Shown: piece by piece, positions 8,771 through 20,651 of the stretch
Position numbering within the stretch: position 1 is the stretch's first letter
How the letters are laid out: every line of letters begins with the position of its first letter
DNA from: Tenacibaculum sp.
GTDB taxonomy: Bacteria; Bacteroidota; Bacteroidia; Flavobacteriales; Flavobacteriaceae
NCBI GenBank assembly: GCA_965242715.1
Contig: OZ251501.1
Location: 1,945,732-2,009,731, forward strand
Direction of reading: 5' to 3'
DNA length: 64,000 bases
Made by a program: the position numbers and the translations under genes
The notes under the pieces: generated by a model
Databases searched by the model: none
Told to the model about the DNA's origin: nothing
Seen by the model: the letters and a program-made list of their open reading frames with translations, nothing else

Positions 8771-9350
8771 TTATTTATTGATGACTCCTGTTATTCTCAT
8801 CATCTGAATTATTTGGTACAAGCCCACAATGTCTCCTTTTATTGAAACACCTAAGCCCAAAACGGTTCTATTAGCATAATTAAAATAGCTTACAACTTGA
8901 TTTATTTCTAAAATATCACCATCTGTTATACTTAACTTTCTTAGTTCTTTTATGTTATTTTCTGTTACTTCGGAAGGAAATAGTGTTAGTTTTTTAGCAT
9001 ATTCTAATGCTTTATTATACTTTTATTTAGTAAAAGGGTTCTGATTATTTTCTAAATCTCTTCTTATTTTATTTATCATCATTATTTATCAATCTTTTTA
9101 AACTAGAAAAATGATGCTCAATACAATAATCGCACTTATTTAGCATACTCACAAAATACTCAATGTTTCAAAAACCATTTTGGTAACGTGTTATTACTAT
9201 TATGCAGAACATTTTTATACAATGCCATATGTCTCGTCATTGTGTGTGGTCGTAAGCTATGAACCAACATAATTTATCTACATTATTATTTAGTTCTGTT
9301 GCTTTTTGATAAAGCATTTTAGTTTCCCCTCAGTTTCTTTAAAAGATATT
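8771..9350 (-). pseudogene. Carboxymuconolactone decarboxylase/AhpD-type peroxidase-related gene, decayed
   Basis: The minus-strand 3' part reads YNKALEYAKKLTLFPSEVTENNIKELRKLSITDGDILEINQVVSYFNYANRTVLGLGVSIKGD...*. The upstream part gives LVHSLRPHTMTRHMALYKNVLHNSNNTLPKWFLKH* and, in another frame, MLNKCDYCIEHHFSSLKRLINNDDK*. These recognisable CMD-family blocks are separated by stops and frameshifts. Confidence 0.6.
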
Positions 9351-9366
9351 ACTTGTATCTAACTCA

Positions 9367-10332
9367 TTATTTATTGCTTGTGTTTTCTTTATTGTTTTCT
9401 TCGTTGAAAGGTTTTGCTTTTTTTCCGAAGAGAGAAAAATGTACAAATCGTTTTGGGTTTAATTTCATCTCACGTAATAGTTCTTCCATTTCTTTGGATG
9501 CGTTGGTAAGATTGTTATACATTTCTTCATCAGTCATTAGCTTACCAAGTGTACCTTTTCCGTTTTTAATATCTGCTAAGATACCATCTACATTTGCTAA
9601 AGTACTTTCAAGTTTTTTAACGGTTTCGCCTAAATTTGCTTTGGCTAAATCTTCAGAAATTTTCGAGAAATTATCAGTAATTTTTTTAGCATTAGCTAAC
9701 GTTGCACTTAAACTTTCTTGATTAGATTCGATTAAAGTATTAGTGCTTTTTAACGTTTTACGAACGTTATAAAGTGTGCTTTCTAAACCTAAAACACTAC
9801 GATTTAAACTTTTACGTGTTTTCTTATCAAGTACTTGATTTAAACCTAGCAAAAGAGAATCTGCACCTACTAAAACACTATTCAATTTTAATTGAATGGG
9901 ATCTAACCGTTCTCCTATTGAAGTAAACAAACTTGATTCTATTTCTCCTTTAAGCATATCTCCTGAAATAGCATTTTTACCTTCATAACTAGGTACAATA
10001 GCAAGGTTTGTACCTCCTAATGGGCTTGGAGAATAGATTTTTACAATACTTTTTTTAGAAAACTGAAAATCGTTATCCATAGAGAATTCAACGAGTAAGC
10101 CTCCTCTTTTTTCTGGGTCTACATTAAATTTTATTTTTTTTACTCTACCAACTTGTAGACCATTTATAGTAACTAAGCTAGCTTCATTAAGCCCCTGAAT
10201 ACTATTATATTCAACAAAAAAATGACGAGGATTTCCATCAAATAGGTTTTGTCCTTTTAAGAAACTATACCCCCAAATTAAAAGCCCAACTATAACAATT
10301 GCAACAATTCCTGTTTTGAGTTCTTTAGACAT
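9367..10332 (-). CDS. MlaD/MCE family protein
   Basis: 321 aa. N-terminal TM, then an MCE domain (FFVEYNSIQGLNEASLVTINGLQVGRVKKI) and a C-terminal coiled-coil-like region. Confidence 0.85.
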   Translation of the reverse strand: MSKELKTGIVAIVIVGLLIWGYSFLKGQNLFDGNPRHFFVEYNSIQGLNEASLVTINGLQVGRVKKIKFNVDPEKRGGLLVEFSMDNDFQFSKKSIVKIYSPSPLGGTNLAIVPSYEGKNAISGDMLKGEIESSLFTSIGERLDPIQLKLNSVLVGADSLLLGLNQVLDKKTRKSLNRSVLGLESTLYNVRKTLKSTNTLIESNQESLSATLANAKKITDNFSKISEDLAKANLGETVKKLESTLANVDGILADIKNGKGTLGKLMTDEEMYNNLTNASKEMEELLREMKLNPKRFVHFSLFGKKAKPFNEENNKENTSNK

Positions 10333-10398
10333 ATCTACATTTTATTAATAGCAAAATTACTAATAATTTTTGGTAGAATTGATAAAAATAGGTCTAAA

Positions 10399-11454
10399 TT
10401 ATTGCTTTCTAAGTGCCTCTTTTACTGAGGTCTTTTTACCATTTTTAAAGGCAACAATAAATGCAGTTGTATATCCTTTTTCCTTTGCTAGTTTTAGCGA
10501 TTTTTTTACAGCTTTATAATTAGAAGTTTTGGCATAATAGTATTTATAAGATTTGTATGTTTTAATCCGCTCTACATCTTGCAGACCTTTAAAATTGTAT
10601 GCTTTTGTTACAAGCTTATTTCTACCTGAAGCAATTTGAACTTTAAACGCTACATTAGAAGGTTTTTCTGATGCTTCTTCTACTTCAATAGTGTTTAATT
10701 GTAGTTGTTTTATATACTTTTTTATAGAAGTAGCAATCGAGTTTGCCATTGCTTGTTGTCCTTTTTTAGAATGAAGGTACTTTCCTTCTTTTCTATTAGT
10801 AATAAAACCCATTTCTATTAATATACTCGGCATATATGTTTGATGCAAAACAACAAAGCCTGCTTGTTTAACACCTCTATTTACACGCTTTAGCCCTCCT
10901 TTAAAACCCTTTTGTACTATACTTGCTAGTTCTAAACTCTTATCTAAATTTTCTTCTTGCATTAAGGTTAAACCAATAACAGATTCTGGTGAGTTTGGAT
11001 CAAACCCTTTATAACGTTCTTCATAGTTATCTTCCAAAAAAATTACAGCATTTTCTTTTTTTGCAACTTCAAAATTTTTCTTATTGGCGTGCAAACCTAA
11101 CACCCATGTTTCTGAACCGTAAGCTTGTGAACTGTGTGCATTGCAATGTATAGATACAAATAAATCTGCATTTGCTTTGTTAGCTATACTACCACGTTTC
11201 CAAAGATTAACAAACGTATCTGTTTTACGTGTATATTTTACATTAATGTTTTCTTGGTTAAGTAATTTACCTACTTTTAATGTAACCTTTAAAGCAATCT
11301 CTTTTTCTTTATAGCCTTTATAGCCTACTTTGCCTGGGTCATTTCCTCCATGACCAGCATCTAAAACTATGGTATATTTTTTTTGAGCTTCCGCCATAGG
11401 CGAAACCAATAAAAAAGCAATAAAAACTATAAATATTCTTATAATTTTAGACAT
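10399..11454 (-). CDS. N-acetylmuramoyl-L-alanine amidase with C-terminal SPOR-like domain
   Basis: Amidase_3 pattern (IVLDAGHGGNDPG...SIHCNA). The C-terminal FKVQIASG...AFIVAFKNGKK resembles SPOR. I prefer the ATG at 11454 (MSKIIRIF signal peptide) over the upstream TTG at 11490. Confidence 0.85.
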   Translation of the reverse strand: MSKIIRIFIVFIAFLLVSPMAEAQKKYTIVLDAGHGGNDPGKVGYKGYKEKEIALKVTLKVGKLLNQENINVKYTRKTDTFVNLWKRGSIANKANADLFVSIHCNAHSSQAYGSETWVLGLHANKKNFEVAKKENAVIFLEDNYEERYKGFDPNSPESVIGLTLMQEENLDKSLELASIVQKGFKGGLKRVNRGVKQAGFVVLHQTYMPSILIEMGFITNRKEGKYLHSKKGQQAMANSIATSIKKYIKQLQLNTIEVEEASEKPSNVAFKVQIASGRNKLVTKAYNFKGLQDVERIKTYKSYKYYYAKTSNYKAVKKSLKLAKEKGYTTAFIVAFKNGKKTSVKEALRKQ

Positions 11455-11578
11455 GGTATTATTTTTGTGTGTTTTTAAAAATTGTATCAATAAAAATTAA
11501 CTAATTTTGGCATTTCAAATTTGGTTCTTCAACAATTGAGCCATATTTTTACTAATTACAAAAATAGCATTTAAAGTA

Positions 11579-14290
11579 TTGCAAACAAATCTAACTTACA
11601 TACTTTTATTTCTGAGTATTTTATCTACACTAAGTCTTGCTTCGCAAGATTTTGGTAAAAAAGAAACTTTACCTGTTTCTATTAAAAGAGATACGCTTCC
11701 TACAGTAAAAAAAGATACTTCTCTTTTTATTAAAGCTAATAGTATTTTGAAAAAAAAAACAGATACTATTGCTAAAGATTCTATAAAACCCAAAGAAGCT
11801 ATTGACGGTATTATTACGCATGATGCCGAAGATTACTCTATACAAAATACTAAAAACAAAACAGTTACTTTATATAACAAAGCACACGTTGTCTATACAG
11901 ATATAGATTTAAAAGCAGGTATTATTATTATTGATTATAAAAACAATACGGTCTATGCCAAAGGAATAAAAGATAGCACGGGCTATAAACAACGCCCTGT
12001 TTTTAAGCAAGGCAATCAAGAGTCTGAACAAGATTCTATTCTATTTAACTTTAAAACAAAAAAAGCGCTTGTATATGGAGTAAAAACTGTACAAGGCGGT
12101 ATAATTACCTACGGAGAGAAAACAAAACGCGTTAATGATTCTACTATTTACATGCGCAAACTACGTTTTACCACTTCTAAAAAAGACATTCCTGATTATT
12201 ATATATCTACTAATAAAGCAAAATTAGTTCCTGGTAAAAAAATTATTATAGGAGGTAGTAATTTGGTTTTAGCAGATGTGCCTACGCCAATATTTTTGCC
12301 TTTTGCTTATTTTCCTTTAACAGATAAACGGACTTCTGGTTTTATAATTCCTTCTTACGGAGAAAGTAATAACCAAGGTTTCTTTTTACAAAACGGAGGG
12401 TATTATTTTGCTGTTAGCGACTATTTTGACTTTACTCTTTTAGGCGATTTATACACTAACGGAAGTTGGGGGTTACGTGGCGATAGCAATTATTATTTGC
12501 GCTATAAGTTTAGCGGGAATTTTAGTATTCAGTTTGAAAATTTAAAACAGAGCCTTCTTGGGTTAAGCGATTTTAGCGAAACTACTAATTTTAATATTCG
12601 TTGGAGACATAGTCAAGACACAAAGGCAAGCCCAAATTCGCGATTTTCAGCACATGTAGATTTAGGAAGTAGTACTTTTTATCGTCAATCTTTAAATGAA
12701 TTTAATAGTTCTCAGTTTTTAAAAAATACATTAAGCTCATCAATATCCTATTATAAAAAATTTGTTGGTACACCATTTAATATGAATGTTACTGCTACAC
12801 ATTCGCAAAATACAAATACAGAAGCTATTACCATGACACTTCCATCTTTACAAGTAAATATGGAAAGAATTTATCCGTTTGTAGGAAAAGGAGGCATAAA
12901 GAAAACTCCTATTCAGAAAATGGGTTTCAACTATAGCATGCAAGGTGAATATCGAATTAATACTACAGATGATGAGTTTTTTACACCAAAAATGTTTCGC
13001 GAAGCAAAATCTGGAGTTAAACATAACACAAGTACAAACACCAATATAAAGGCGTTTAAACATTTTACATTGTCATCAAGTATAAGCTATTCAGAGACTT
13101 GGTATTTTAATAAAATTAACAAACGTTTTGACACAACGATTACCAATACAGATGGTACAACAGGAAGAATTGTAAATGATACTATTAGCGGCTTTAATCG
13201 TTTTAACAATTATAATGTAAGCATGTCATTATCAACCAATATTTATGGTACTTTTAATTTTAAAAAAGGAAGATTAAAAGCCATACGCCATACATTTAGA
13301 CCTTCTGTTTCTTGGGGATATAGACCAGATTTTGCAGAAAAACATAACTTACAGGTACAACAAAGCATAGACCCAACTGTAGATTTATTGACCTATTCTC
13401 CTTTTGAAGGAGGCATCTATGGAACACCTGGTAGTGGAGTTTCCAATTCAATTGGTATATCACTTAATAATGTTTTAGAAGCTAAAATGGCTCCAAAAGA
13501 CCCAGAGAGTGATGAAGATGATGAAAAAATAACACTTCTAAATAACTTAAATTTTAGTTCTAGTTATAATATTGCTGCAGATAGTTTACGATGGAGTACC
13601 GTTAGCGCAAATGCTGGTACACGCCTTTTTAAAGATAAACTTGCTTTAAATGTAAATGCGACTTTAGACCCGTATCAAATTAATAGTGAAGGGACAAGGA
13701 TTAACAAATTTAATTCTAATTTATTTAGAGTTACTAACATTGGTGTAACTGCCAATTATTCTCTTTCTAGTAAAGATTTTGAGGATAAAGGTGATAATAC
13801 AAAAGATAACAAAAATCAAGGAAATGGTGCACAAGACACCCCAGATGTATTTGGTGGTAATATAGACAGAACAAATGGTTTTAACAGCAACCCAAATAGT
13901 AATCAAAACAACGACGAAACCAAAACAAAGAAAACCGAACTCTATAAAGCTAAAATACCATGGACACTTAATTTAGTGTATGCATTTAATTATTCTAAAA
14001 CTGGTTTAGCTAGTAGTATTAATAGAGGAAATACATTAATGTTTAGTGGAGATGTAGAACTTTCGCCTAAATGGAAAGTTGGCTTTTCTTCTGGTTATGA
14101 TATAGAACAACAAGATTTTACTTATACACGTTTATCTTTCTCTCGAGATTTAGATAGTTGGCGATTTAATTTTAACTGGATTCCTTTTGGACCAAATACT
14201 TCTTATAACTTCTTTATTGGCGTAAAATCTTCTGCATTAAGTGATTTAAAATGGGAAAAAAGCCGTCCGAGAGATCAAATATTATTTTAA
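11579..14290 (+). CDS. lptD: Putative LPS-assembly outer-membrane protein (LptD-like, Bacteroidota type)
   Basis: 903 aa with signal peptide and an OstA-like N-terminal region (IIIDYKNNTVYAKG), then a long beta-rich region. It lies divergent to the amidase, as is common in Flavobacteriia. The start codon is TTG in the ORF track and is uncertain. Confidence 0.7.
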   Translation: MQTNLTYILLFLSILSTLSLASQDFGKKETLPVSIKRDTLPTVKKDTSLFIKANSILKKKTDTIAKDSIKPKEAIDGIITHDAEDYSIQNTKNKTVTLYNKAHVVYTDIDLKAGIIIIDYKNNTVYAKGIKDSTGYKQRPVFKQGNQESEQDSILFNFKTKKALVYGVKTVQGGIITYGEKTKRVNDSTIYMRKLRFTTSKKDIPDYYISTNKAKLVPGKKIIIGGSNLVLADVPTPIFLPFAYFPLTDKRTSGFIIPSYGESNNQGFFLQNGGYYFAVSDYFDFTLLGDLYTNGSWGLRGDSNYYLRYKFSGNFSIQFENLKQSLLGLSDFSETTNFNIRWRHSQDTKASPNSRFSAHVDLGSSTFYRQSLNEFNSSQFLKNTLSSSISYYKKFVGTPFNMNVTATHSQNTNTEAITMTLPSLQVNMERIYPFVGKGGIKKTPIQKMGFNYSMQGEYRINTTDDEFFTPKMFREAKSGVKHNTSTNTNIKAFKHFTLSSSISYSETWYFNKINKRFDTTITNTDGTTGRIVNDTISGFNRFNNYNVSMSLSTNIYGTFNFKKGRLKAIRHTFRPSVSWGYRPDFAEKHNLQVQQSIDPTVDLLTYSPFEGGIYGTPGSGVSNSIGISLNNVLEAKMAPKDPESDEDDEKITLLNNLNFSSSYNIAADSLRWSTVSANAGTRLFKDKLALNVNATLDPYQINSEGTRINKFNSNLFRVTNIGVTANYSLSSKDFEDKGDNTKDNKNQGNGAQDTPDVFGGNIDRTNGFNSNPNSNQNNDETKTKKTELYKAKIPWTLNLVYAFNYSKTGLASSINRGNTLMFSGDVELSPKWKVGFSSGYDIEQQDFTYTRLSFSRDLDSWRFNFNWIPFGPNTSYNFFIGVKSSALSDLKWEKSRPRDQILF

Positions 14291-14365
14291 CCAGTTAGTT
14301 ATTAGTGAAAAAAGTAAAACGATGCAATTTAATAACTTTGAAACTTTAAAAACTTAAATAAAAAA

Positions 14366-14746
14366 ATGAAAACAATTATTAAAACTGACAAAGCACCTGC
14401 ACCAATTGGACCGTACAACCAAGCTGTTTTAAGTGGAAATACATTATACACTTCTGGTCAGATCGCTCTTAACCCTGCAACTGGCAAGCTAGAACTAGAC
14501 TCTATTAAACATGAAACTAAGTTAGTTATGGAAAACCTAAAAGCGGTTTTAGAAGCAGCAGAAATGACTTTTGAAAATGTAATAAAAACATCTATTTTTA
14601 TTTCTGATATGCATAATTTCTCAGAAATAAATAGTGTTTACGGAACCTACTTTAATGAAGAAACTGCTCCTGCACGTGAAACTGTAGAAGTTGCTAACTT
14701 ACCTAAGTTTGTAAATGTAGAAATTAGTATGATTGCTGTTAAATAG
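14366..14746 (+). CDS. ridA: RidA family reactive-intermediate deaminase (YjgF/L-PSP)
   Basis: 126 aa. APAPIGPYNQAV...SGQIALNP...PARETVEVANLP are hallmark motifs. Confidence 0.93.
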   Translation: MKTIIKTDKAPAPIGPYNQAVLSGNTLYTSGQIALNPATGKLELDSIKHETKLVMENLKAVLEAAEMTFENVIKTSIFISDMHNFSEINSVYGTYFNEETAPARETVEVANLPKFVNVEISMIAVK

Positions 14747-14789
14747 GTATAAGGTTATTAGAATTGAGAAACAAGACTTCAACAAATTC

Positions 14790-14974
14790 TATCATTCCCA
14801 GGAAATTTACACTCAACTTGATTGGGTAACGGGAATCTATAAAAGACATTCTGTTATTCCTGCGAAAGCAAGAACTTATAGTAATATTTATTTGGATTCC
14901 TGCCTTTGCAGGAATAATAAGATAAAGTCAATAATATCGAGGCAAGCCCGCGAAGCAAGAAAAAGGAAAAAACC
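14790..14974. repeat. Cluster of short hairpin repeats (attcctgc-N4-gcaggaat type)
   Basis: Hairpins at 14857-14874 (imperfect) and 14896-14915 (8-bp perfect stem). The same stem family occurs at 4170-4187. The cluster ends in aagcccgcgaagc, which resembles the 3' part of family B. Confidence 0.65.
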
Positions 14975-14980
14975 TAAATA

Positions 14981-16442
<1,462 letters not shown>

Positions 16443-16639
16443 TAAATAATTTCGACGCAAGCACTAGGGAATTAAACCCACTGATGGGATTAAATGACCC
16501 CCATTAATAATTCTGCCGTTGCAGGGTTGTGTTGCTAACGGCAACATTATGTAAACGCAATAACGGTTAGTATAAGAAACGTAGAGCAGTTAATAAGCAC
16601 TTTCGTTTCGGTTTATTACTTGGTAGATTCAACTAGCTA

Positions 16640-18101
<1,462 letters not shown>

Positions 18102-18217
18102 TAGCTAAATATAAATATTTTGCTTTTATTTTTCCTCTTAAATGCCAAATTTTATATTTAGCGGACTTTGTAAATATTCAAAAGACCTTTAAGTTTAGCA
18201 CAAACGCCCTATGTTTT

Positions 18218-19027
18218 TTATACATTGTTAGGTAGTGTATTTTTTTTGGTTTTGTAATCAAAGAAATATTCATTTAATTTTTTTGCGATTTCTCTTGCCC
18301 GAGTTATATTTGCGTGTTTCAATGAGAGTTTATACCCTTCAACTATTCCGACAATCGTATTGTCAGTAGGGCTTTTAGAGTTTCTTCTAACAGTAAAGGT
18401 TTTTTTTATACTTTTAATAGTTTTCTTTTTATCAAAAGTAGCAATGTATTTTCGCATTCTACCATTTTTGATTTCAAAGGGAGCTTTAGGTGCCTTTATT
18501 TTCCTTTTACCATTTCCCCAATTCTCACCAGTTTTAATTCTGTTTATTTGCATTTCGGAAACACTAAAGAGATATGCTATCCTGTTTAAGGGCACTCCTT
18601 TTTTAATTTGTTTCTTTATGTGCTTTACATCTTCTAAACTCAATTTACTATTAGCCTTTTTTCTTTCTATTACAAGTAAATTGGAGTAATGTAAGTTTCT
18701 TTTATTTCCGTCTTTATAACCAATAGTTTCTTTTTTATTTTTTAGTTTACTTGAAACTACACCAAAAGTAATTGCAACTAATGGTGCTACGGCTACACTA
18801 TGTAGCTTTCCTTCAGTATCAGTTAAGCTTGCTAATCCTTGGCGAAGTTTACTATTTTGAACTCTAAAATGAATTTTATTTTCGCTTATAAATGTTTTTC
18901 CTTTTGTCTTCCAAGATCTTCCCTTATCAGTTTCAGTTCTGTATATTCGTCCTGATTCACTTATATGGTATCTTTCAAAACTTATTATCTTATGACACTT
19001 TTCATCATTAATTACTATATAATCCAT
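18218..19027 (-). CDS. NUMOD4/HNH_3-like homing-endonuclease-related protein with HTH-like C-terminal region
   Basis: The likely start is the ATG giving MDYIVINDEK. YHISESGRIYR resembles NUMOD4. LHSVAVAPLVAITFG...IGYKDGNKRNLHYSNL resembles the HNH_3 core, but Tyr replaces the first His. LSLEDVKHIKKQIKKGVPLNRIAYLFSVSEMQINRIKTGENW resembles the phage-type HTH tail. Confidence 0.55.
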   Translation of the reverse strand: MDYIVINDEKCHKIISFERYHISESGRIYRTETDKGRSWKTKGKTFISENKIHFRVQNSKLRQGLASLTDTEGKLHSVAVAPLVAITFGVVSSKLKNKKETIGYKDGNKRNLHYSNLLVIERKKANSKLSLEDVKHIKKQIKKGVPLNRIAYLFSVSEMQINRIKTGENWGNGKRKIKAPKAPFEIKNGRMRKYIATFDKKKTIKSIKKTFTVRRNSKSPTDNTIVGIVEGYKLSLKHANITRAREIAKKLNEYFFDYKTKKNTLPNNV

Positions 19028-19070
19028 ATTAAGAGTAAAGATAAAAAAAATTAGATTATTAAATGGGAGT

Positions 19071-19378
19071 TTATGAGTCAAATATACTATCTAACATGGT
19101 AATATCTGGTTTGTGTGGGTATTTTTCATGTGGGGTTCTAAAAAACAACACCATATTACATTTCACTTCTGCAACTCTACTGGCAATTTGTGCATCACCT
19201 TTAAAAGGACTAGGTAAATATTTAGTCACTTCCAAAGCCTGGCTTTTTCGGCTCTGCTCCAGTTGTTCTTGTAGATTATTAATTTGATGTTTTTTTGAAG
19301 TAAAATAGCTTTATGTTTCTTTAAAAAATGAACCTTTTCTACTTTCATTCCGTCGTGTGCAATAATTGCTATTTCCAT
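19071..19378 (-). pseudogene. mgsA: Methylglyoxal synthase, frameshifted and truncated
   Basis: Minus strand gives MEIAIIAHDGMKVEKVHFLKKHKAILLQKNIKL, then (frame change) LEVTKYLPSPFKGDAQIASRVAEVKCNMVLFF, then (frame change) FFRTPHEKYPHKPDITMLDSIFDS*. The block order matches MgsA, but the ATGTTG motif is lost and the C-terminus is missing. Confidence 0.65.
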
Positions 19379-19437
19379 TGTTTCTTATATTTAATATCAT
19401 TTTAACTTGTAAATGTTGTAATTCAAATATATAAAAA

Positions 19438-19469
19438 GACCTCACAGGTTTTAAAAACCTGTGAACCCC
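19438..19469. repeat. REP-like palindrome (intergenic copy, right arm degenerate)
   Basis: gacctcacaggttttaaaaacctgtgaacccc. Confidence 0.85.
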
Positions 19470-19492
19470 TAAATACTTTACATTTTAGCTTA

Positions 19493-20485
19493 TTACAACG
19501 AAGCCGAATATTCTAATAAATCAACAATTTTGGTTGCGTAACCAAACTCATTATCGTACCAGGAAATTACTTTAAAAAAGTTTTTATTTAGTTCTAAAGA
19601 AGCTCCAGCATCTACTACGGAAGTTCTTGTTTCAGATACAAAATCTTGAGAAACAACTTCATCATAAGTAACATCTAAAATACCTTTTAAATTTCCTCTA
19701 GAAGCTTCCTCTAACTTACTTAAAATTTCTTTCAAAGAAGTTGCTTTTTCTGTTTTAAAAGTTAAATCTACCAAAGAAACGTCTGCTACAGGAACACGAA
19801 TAGCCATACCTGTTAACTTCCCTTTCATTTCTGGAATTACTCTTATTACTGCCTTAGCTGCACCTGTAGTGGTCGGTATAATATTATTTACTACAGAACG
19901 TCCTCTTCTCCATTTTTTATTTGGGCCATCAACAGTATTCTGTGTAGATGTTGCGGCATGAACAGTGGTCATTAAACCTTCGCTCAACCCAAAATTATCA
20001 TTAATTACTTTTACTAACGGAGCTAAACAATTTGTGGTACAAGATGCATTAGAAATAATAGTCTCATCTTTAGTCATTTCGTGATTATTAACCCCCATCA
20101 CATACATTTTTACGTCTTTAGAAGGGGCTGAAATAATTACTTTTTTCGCTCCTCCTTTTAAATGTAATGCTGCTTTTTCTTCGGTTGTAAAAAAACCTGT
20201 ACATTCTATAACGTAATCAACTCCTACTTCATCCCATTTTAAATTCTCTGGGTCCCTGTCTGCTGTTACACGAATTGTTTTTCCGTTTACAACTAAATTC
20301 CCTTCCTTCACCTCAACACTCCCATCAAAACGTCCATGAACTGAGTCATACTTCAATAAATATGCTAAATAATTTACATCTAACAAATCGTTAATTGCTC
20401 TTATTTCAATATTTTTTCTATTAATTGCTGAACGAAAAGCTAATCTTCCAATTCTTCCAAACCCGTTGATTCCTATTTTAATCAT
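19493..20485 (-). CDS. gap: Type I glyceraldehyde-3-phosphate dehydrogenase (paralogue 2)
   Basis: 330 aa. [21 protein letters not shown] (catalytic Cys) and WYDNEFGY motifs. Confidence 0.93.
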   Translation of the reverse strand: MIKIGINGFGRIGRLAFRSAINRKNIEIRAINDLLDVNYLAYLLKYDSVHGRFDGSVEVKEGNLVVNGKTIRVTADRDPENLKWDEVGVDYVIECTGFFTTEEKAALHLKGGAKKVIISAPSKDVKMYVMGVNNHEMTKDETIISNASCTTNCLAPLVKVINDNFGLSEGLMTTVHAATSTQNTVDGPNKKWRRGRSVVNNIIPTTTGAAKAVIRVIPEMKGKLTGMAIRVPVADVSLVDLTFKTEKATSLKEILSKLEEASRGNLKGILDVTYDEVVSQDFVSETRTSVVDAGASLELNKNFFKVISWYDNEFGYATKIVDLLEYSASL

Positions 20486-20600
20486 TTTTCTTAATTTTTT
20501 ATATCTAGATTGTCGTTTTATTTTGAAAAATAGTACGTCAATATTTTTTTTTCTATTACTTAAGACAAGCTTACAAATATAAAACTTCTAAACATAAAAA

Positions 20601-20630
20601 AACCTGATAGCTTTTAAAAACTATCAGGTT
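20601..20630 (-). terminator. Rho-independent terminator downstream of gap paralogue 1
   Basis: aacctgatag-N10-ctatcaggtt 10-bp stem, followed by a T-run on the minus strand (A-run 20595-20600 on top). Confidence 0.7.
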
Positions 20631-20651
20631 AAAATATATTGTAAAAATTGC

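Noticed and set aside
19063-19287. 74-aa + strand ORF
   Set aside because: It is antisense to the recognisable mgsA relic on the minus strand.
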